Assembly (NCBI GenBank): GCA_963823335.1
Contig: CAWGLD010000001.1
Coordinates: 224,001 to 288,000 of the forward strand
DNA length: 64,000 nucleotides
Direction: 5' to 3'
Source of the DNA: an uncultured delta proteobacterium
Lineage (GTDB): Bacteria > Desulfobacterota > Desulfobacteria > Desulfobacterales > B30-G6
In this document: positions 60,287 to 64,000 of the stretch, piece by piece
How the letters are laid out: every line of letters begins with the position of its first letter
How positions within the stretch are numbered: the first letter of the stretch is position 1
The notes under the pieces: model-generated
The model's input: only the letters and a program-made list of their open reading frames with translations
Database searches by the model: none
What the model was told of the DNA's origin: nothing
Position numbers and translations under genes: made by a program

Positions 60287-60382
60287 ATTCGCTTCAGGCG
60301 AATTTATGAAACGCGGCTCCGCCGCTCCATAACCTTTACTACCTTGTAAAACTTAGCTCATCCTTAAATAGGAAACAATACC

Positions 60383-61567
60383 ATGATACCGGTTGAAATA
60401 TCAAAAAATGTCTATGATGTCGGCGTCACGGATTGGAATATTCGTGACTTTCATGGTTATTCCACCCATGCCGGAACCTCGTACAACGCTTTTCTCGTCC
60501 TGGATGAAAAGGTTGCGCTCATCGATACGGTGAAAGCGCCGTTTTGTGATCAGTTGCTGGATAACATTTCAAAAGTTATCGACCCCAGAAAAATTGATAT
60601 GGTCATCAGCAATCATACTGAAATGGATCACTCGGGAAGTCTGCCGCGCGTTATGCATCGCATTGGTGAAGACAAGCCCCTATACTGCTCCATAATGGGT
60701 GCCAAGAACCTGGCCCTGCACTATCCGCAGGCATGGAACCTTCAGCCTGTAAAAAGCGGTCAGGAGGTCAGCATCGGCGCCAAAACATTCATGTTTCTCG
60801 AAACACGCATGGTACACTGGCCGGACAGTATGTTCACCTATCTGAAAGAGGATAAAATCCTCTTTTCCAGTGACGGGTTTGGTCAACACTATGCCAGTTA
60901 TGATAAATTTGATGATTTTGCAGGTGAAGATGTCATGTATCAGGCAAAAAAATATTTTGCCAACATCTTGCTGCTCTATGCACCGAAAATTCTCAAATTG
61001 ATCGAGCAGGTCCAGTCCCTGGGGCTTGAAATCGGTATGATTTGCCCGGATCATGGGATTATCTGGCGCAAAAACCCCGCAAGAATCATCGATGCTTACA
61101 TCAAATGGAGCCAGCCTACAGCGGAAAAAAAAGCGGTGGTGGTTTACGACACCATGTGGAACAGCACCAAGATGATGGCCGAAGCCATCTCAGAAGGTAT
61201 CTCGAGCAAGGGCGTAACCGTCGTTCCCATGCATATTCGAAGTTCTCATCGCAGTGACATCATGACCGAAGTTCTGGATGCAAAGGCGGTCGTCGTAGGC
61301 TCACCCACATTGAACAACCAGATGTTTCCAACCGTGGCCGATTTTTTGACCTATATGAAGGGGCTCAAGCCCACCGATAAAATCGGCGGTGTATTTGGAT
61401 CTTATGGCTGGAGTGGTGAGTCCGTCAAAATGGTTCAAGCCCAACTGGAAGCTATGAACTTTGATGTCATTGAACCGGGTGTCAAAATTCAGTACATCCC
61501 GGACTCGAATGGTTTGTCGGCCTGTTATGACTATGGTCAGAGAATTGCCCAGGCCGTGGTGGGATAA
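60383..61567 (+). CDS. fprA: Flavodiiron protein (rubredoxin:oxygen/NO oxidoreductase, FprA/Roo)
   Basis: NHTEMDH, HWPD, SDGFG, PDHG, GSPT, FGSYGWSGE. Confidence 0.93.
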   Translation: MIPVEISKNVYDVGVTDWNIRDFHGYSTHAGTSYNAFLVLDEKVALIDTVKAPFCDQLLDNISKVIDPRKIDMVISNHTEMDHSGSLPRVMHRIGEDKPLYCSIMGAKNLALHYPQAWNLQPVKSGQEVSIGAKTFMFLETRMVHWPDSMFTYLKEDKILFSSDGFGQHYASYDKFDDFAGEDVMYQAKKYFANILLLYAPKILKLIEQVQSLGLEIGMICPDHGIIWRKNPARIIDAYIKWSQPTAEKKAVVVYDTMWNSTKMMAEAISEGISSKGVTVVPMHIRSSHRSDIMTEVLDAKAVVVGSPTLNNQMFPTVADFLTYMKGLKPTDKIGGVFGSYGWSGESVKMVQAQLEAMNFDVIEPGVKIQYIPDSNGLSACYDYGQRIAQAVVG

Positions 61568-61572
61568 CCCAT

Positions 61573-61770
61573 ATGAAAAAACCAACCGTGGATATCGGTG
61601 CGTGCAGCCTCTGCGAAGGATGTATCGAGGTCTGTCCGTCTGTTTTTTTTATCAATCACATGGGTTATATAGACGTTGCCGAGTTGGCCGTATATCCTGA
61701 ATCAATGGTGGATGAAGCCATCAAATACTGCCCTGAAGACTGCATTTCATGGGAGGAAGTGCTGGAATGA
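61573..61770 (+). CDS. Single-cluster ferredoxin
   Basis: CSLCEGC..CP..F...CP.DCI. Confidence 0.88.
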   Translation: MKKPTVDIGACSLCEGCIEVCPSVFFINHMGYIDVAELAVYPESMVDEAIKYCPEDCISWEEVLE

Positions 61771-61895
61771 AGAAAATCGCCCTGTTTGCCTTTAATGGCG
61801 ATCCGCTGTGCTTTATTCATGTACTGGATGAGATGAGTGGTCATCCGAGTATGGCCCGATACATGGCCGAGGGGTTTGAGGTGATAACGTTTTGA
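61767..61895 (+). pseudogene. Internally deleted DsrE-like protein (42 aa)
   Basis: MKKIALFAFNGDPLCFIHVL joined directly to DEMSGHPSMARYMAEGFEVITF; these look like the two termini of a longer family. Confidence 0.65.
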
Positions 61896-61959
61896 ACCTC
61901 TTCCTTTTTTTTAAAACCGAAAATTTCCATGAGATCTAATTGAGCCGAAGTAATCACAA

Positions 61960-62056
61960 AGGGTTGGAGGGTAGGAGGTTTGGGGGGTAAAGGGTACGAC
62001 CTCTCCAACCCTGTTTTTTCCCTCCAACCCTTAAAACCTCAAACCCTCCAACCCTT
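61960..62056. repeat. Octamer AGGGTTGG / CCAACCCT inverted array
   Basis: Periodic G-rich then C-rich 8-mers; same family at 8614-8694. Confidence 0.75.
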
Positions 62057-62061
62057 AATAT

Positions 62062-62772
62062 ATGCCCTTCCGCCAACTCAAAAAGGAGGTTTTCAAACTC
62101 CTCATTCGCGATGATTTTTCCGACAGCCTTGTCCAGCTCTCCCGTCTGCCCGGGAGACAGGTCGTCAATCCGCTCTTTTCCTTTCTTTACCACGCCGACG
62201 ATATGGTCCGCTGGCACGCTGTTTCCGCCATGGGCGTGGTCACTGCAGGACTTGCAGAGAAAAACATGGAATCGGCACGCGTCATCATGAGACGCCTGAT
62301 ATGGAATCTGAACGATGAATCCGGCGGAATCGGGTGGGGCTCTCCGGAATCCATGGGAGATATCATGGCCCGCAGTGATCTCATTGCCCGGGAATTTTCT
62401 AAAATTCTCATTTCCTATGTCCTGCCGCACGGAAATTTCCTGGAACACGAAATCCTCCAAAGGGGGCTGCTCTGGGGGCTTTATCGCCTGAGCCAAGAAA
62501 AACCCGAGCTCACTTACGACGCAGCACCTTTTGTCCGACCTTTTTTAACATCAAGCGACCCTTTTCATAGAGGTCTGGCGATCTGTTTTGCCGAGACTGC
62601 GCGTGATGCCAAATCCATCCCCTATTTAAAAAACCTTATCCGGGATGACACGTCGATCTCACTTTACACCGATTTCCGGATGACCTCCCATAAAATGGCG
62701 AACCTGGCGGCCTCTGCAATGGCAACCATCGAACACAACACCTCATTCCCGGACAGCTCTCCTGCTAATTGA
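62062..62772 (+). CDS. DVU0298-family HEAT-repeat protein
   Basis: ESARVIMRRLIWNLNDESGGIGWGSPE motif. Confidence 0.8.
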   Translation: MPFRQLKKEVFKLLIRDDFSDSLVQLSRLPGRQVVNPLFSFLYHADDMVRWHAVSAMGVVTAGLAEKNMESARVIMRRLIWNLNDESGGIGWGSPESMGDIMARSDLIAREFSKILISYVLPHGNFLEHEILQRGLLWGLYRLSQEKPELTYDAAPFVRPFLTSSDPFHRGLAICFAETARDAKSIPYLKNLIRDDTSISLYTDFRMTSHKMANLAASAMATIEHNTSFPDSSPAN

Positions 62773-62842
62773 CCTGTAACTGAGTATGCAGTAACAGATA
62801 TTTCCACGATGCAGGCAGTGCCTATGGGATAGACGACAACTG

Positions 62843-63964
62843 TTAACCCGAATATATCTTCTCCACAAACCGCTGCCATTGATCGAGACATTCGGGCATA
62901 TTTCGACGACCGAAACCAATGCGGAAGCAGTCATGCCCTGTGCTGTAAAGCGTTCCGGGCGCCAGCAGGACGCCGGCCTGATCCACCAAGTCATGACAAA
63001 ACTGACCCACAGATCCTCCCCCAAGATACCTGGGAAACGCGATGGGACCTGCCAGGGGTTCCCGCCACCCGAACAGGTCTTGATGGACACTGAAAAAATC
63101 ATTCAGCACTTGAAGGTTGGTTTTAATTATCTCCAGATTACGCTGGACGATGGCATCGCCATGGGCCAACGCCAGGGTTGCCAGAAACTCGCTCGGGGCA
63201 CTGTTGCAAATCGTCGTGTAGTCCTTGAAGGCAGCCAGTTTACCATAGAGAGATGCATTCCGGGTGGCAATCCAGCCGATTCGCAGACCGGGCAGGCCAT
63301 AGGTTTTGGACATCACGCCCAGGGAAACCGCATGCTCGTTCAGATCCGAGAAAGCCGGGAGCCGATGTTCAGGCAGATACTCCAATCCACGATAAACCTC
63401 ATCCGAAAAAATGAGAAAACCATATTCATCTGAAAGTTTTGACAATTCGGACACAAAGGAAATATCGGGAAGGTACCCGGTGGGGTTATGGGGAAAATTG
63501 ACCACAACGACGCGGGTGTTATTTTCCAGCCGGTCCTTTAAAAAATTGAGGTCCAGAGACCAGCCCTGGTCGGCATTACCTACCCACTCGGTAACCTTAG
63601 CACCGATGCTGCGGGCAATTTCCCCCAGGGACTGGTAGTGAGGGGTGTGAACAATGACATGATCCCCCGGCTGCAGGGCAACCTGCATGAAATTGAATAT
63701 TGCCTCCTCAGCGCCGGCATGAACAAGAATATGCTCCAAAGAATTGTGGGTGTACAAGGAGGCAATGGCTTGCCGAAGCTCCGGGCTTCCAATGGATTCG
63801 GTGTATCCGAGCCAGAGAGATAGAAACCGCTTCTGTGCATCCGGGTCGAATCTCAACAACGCATCGATGGTCAAGCTTTCGCAATCAGAGCAACACAGCA
63901 GGTAGGGAGCCTTAAATTCATGGGCTGCAAAATAACGTTCAAGTCGAAAGGGCTCAGGCTTCAT
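62843..63964 (-). CDS. Class I/II PLP-dependent aminotransferase
   Basis: NFPHNPTG, DEVY, SKTYGLPGLRIGW. Confidence 0.92.
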   Translation of the reverse strand: MKPEPFRLERYFAAHEFKAPYLLCCSDCESLTIDALLRFDPDAQKRFLSLWLGYTESIGSPELRQAIASLYTHNSLEHILVHAGAEEAIFNFMQVALQPGDHVIVHTPHYQSLGEIARSIGAKVTEWVGNADQGWSLDLNFLKDRLENNTRVVVVNFPHNPTGYLPDISFVSELSKLSDEYGFLIFSDEVYRGLEYLPEHRLPAFSDLNEHAVSLGVMSKTYGLPGLRIGWIATRNASLYGKLAAFKDYTTICNSAPSEFLATLALAHGDAIVQRNLEIIKTNLQVLNDFFSVHQDLFGWREPLAGPIAFPRYLGGGSVGQFCHDLVDQAGVLLAPGTLYSTGHDCFRIGFGRRNMPECLDQWQRFVEKIYSG

Positions 63965-64000
63965 GGTGGGCCTCCGCCAAGTCCTTCAGGTGGTAAAAAG

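Overview
A 64-kb chromosomal segment from an anaerobic Desulfobacterota bacterium, probably Desulfobacterales-like (inferred from DVU0772/DVU0298-family genes, desulfoferrodoxin, rubredoxins and a small multihaem cytochrome). The left part is housekeeping: lysC (partial), tsaE, nnr, ybeY, a 7TM-HD hydrolase, phoH, cvpA, mazG, class II fba, an LpoA-like lipoprotein, ettA, a USP and a complete rnfCDGEAB operon. The middle has acuI/metF, a lipoamide-type 2-oxoglutarate dehydrogenase (sucA-sucB-lpdA), a radical-SAM/AhpD/FAD-oxidoreductase/TVP38 cluster and iorAB. The right ~22 kb is a dense redox, oxygen-defence and Fe-S region: several rubrerythrin-like proteins, trxC, fumC, tpx, nifU-nifS-cysE-cysK, dfx, ferritin, flavodoxin, rubredoxins and a flavodiiron protein. 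Main observations missed by the ORF track: (1) two probable selenoproteins with an in-frame UGA at a conserved Cys position and a downstream hairpin (a rhodanese-ferritin-like fusion at 42887-43717 and an ArsS-like radical SAM enzyme at 34215-35204); (2) six ~140-170 nt hairpin elements with conserved internal loops but differing paired helices, four ending exactly on a TAG stop codon; (3) nine ~42-nt double-hairpin elements with compensatory changes, oriented towards gene boundaries; (4) a candidate sigma-54 regulon with a shared TGAnACA-N4-TGTnTCA site; (5) several internally deleted gene or element remnants. No rRNA, tRNA, CRISPR array or intact transposase was seen. All family assignments are by eye, without database searches.
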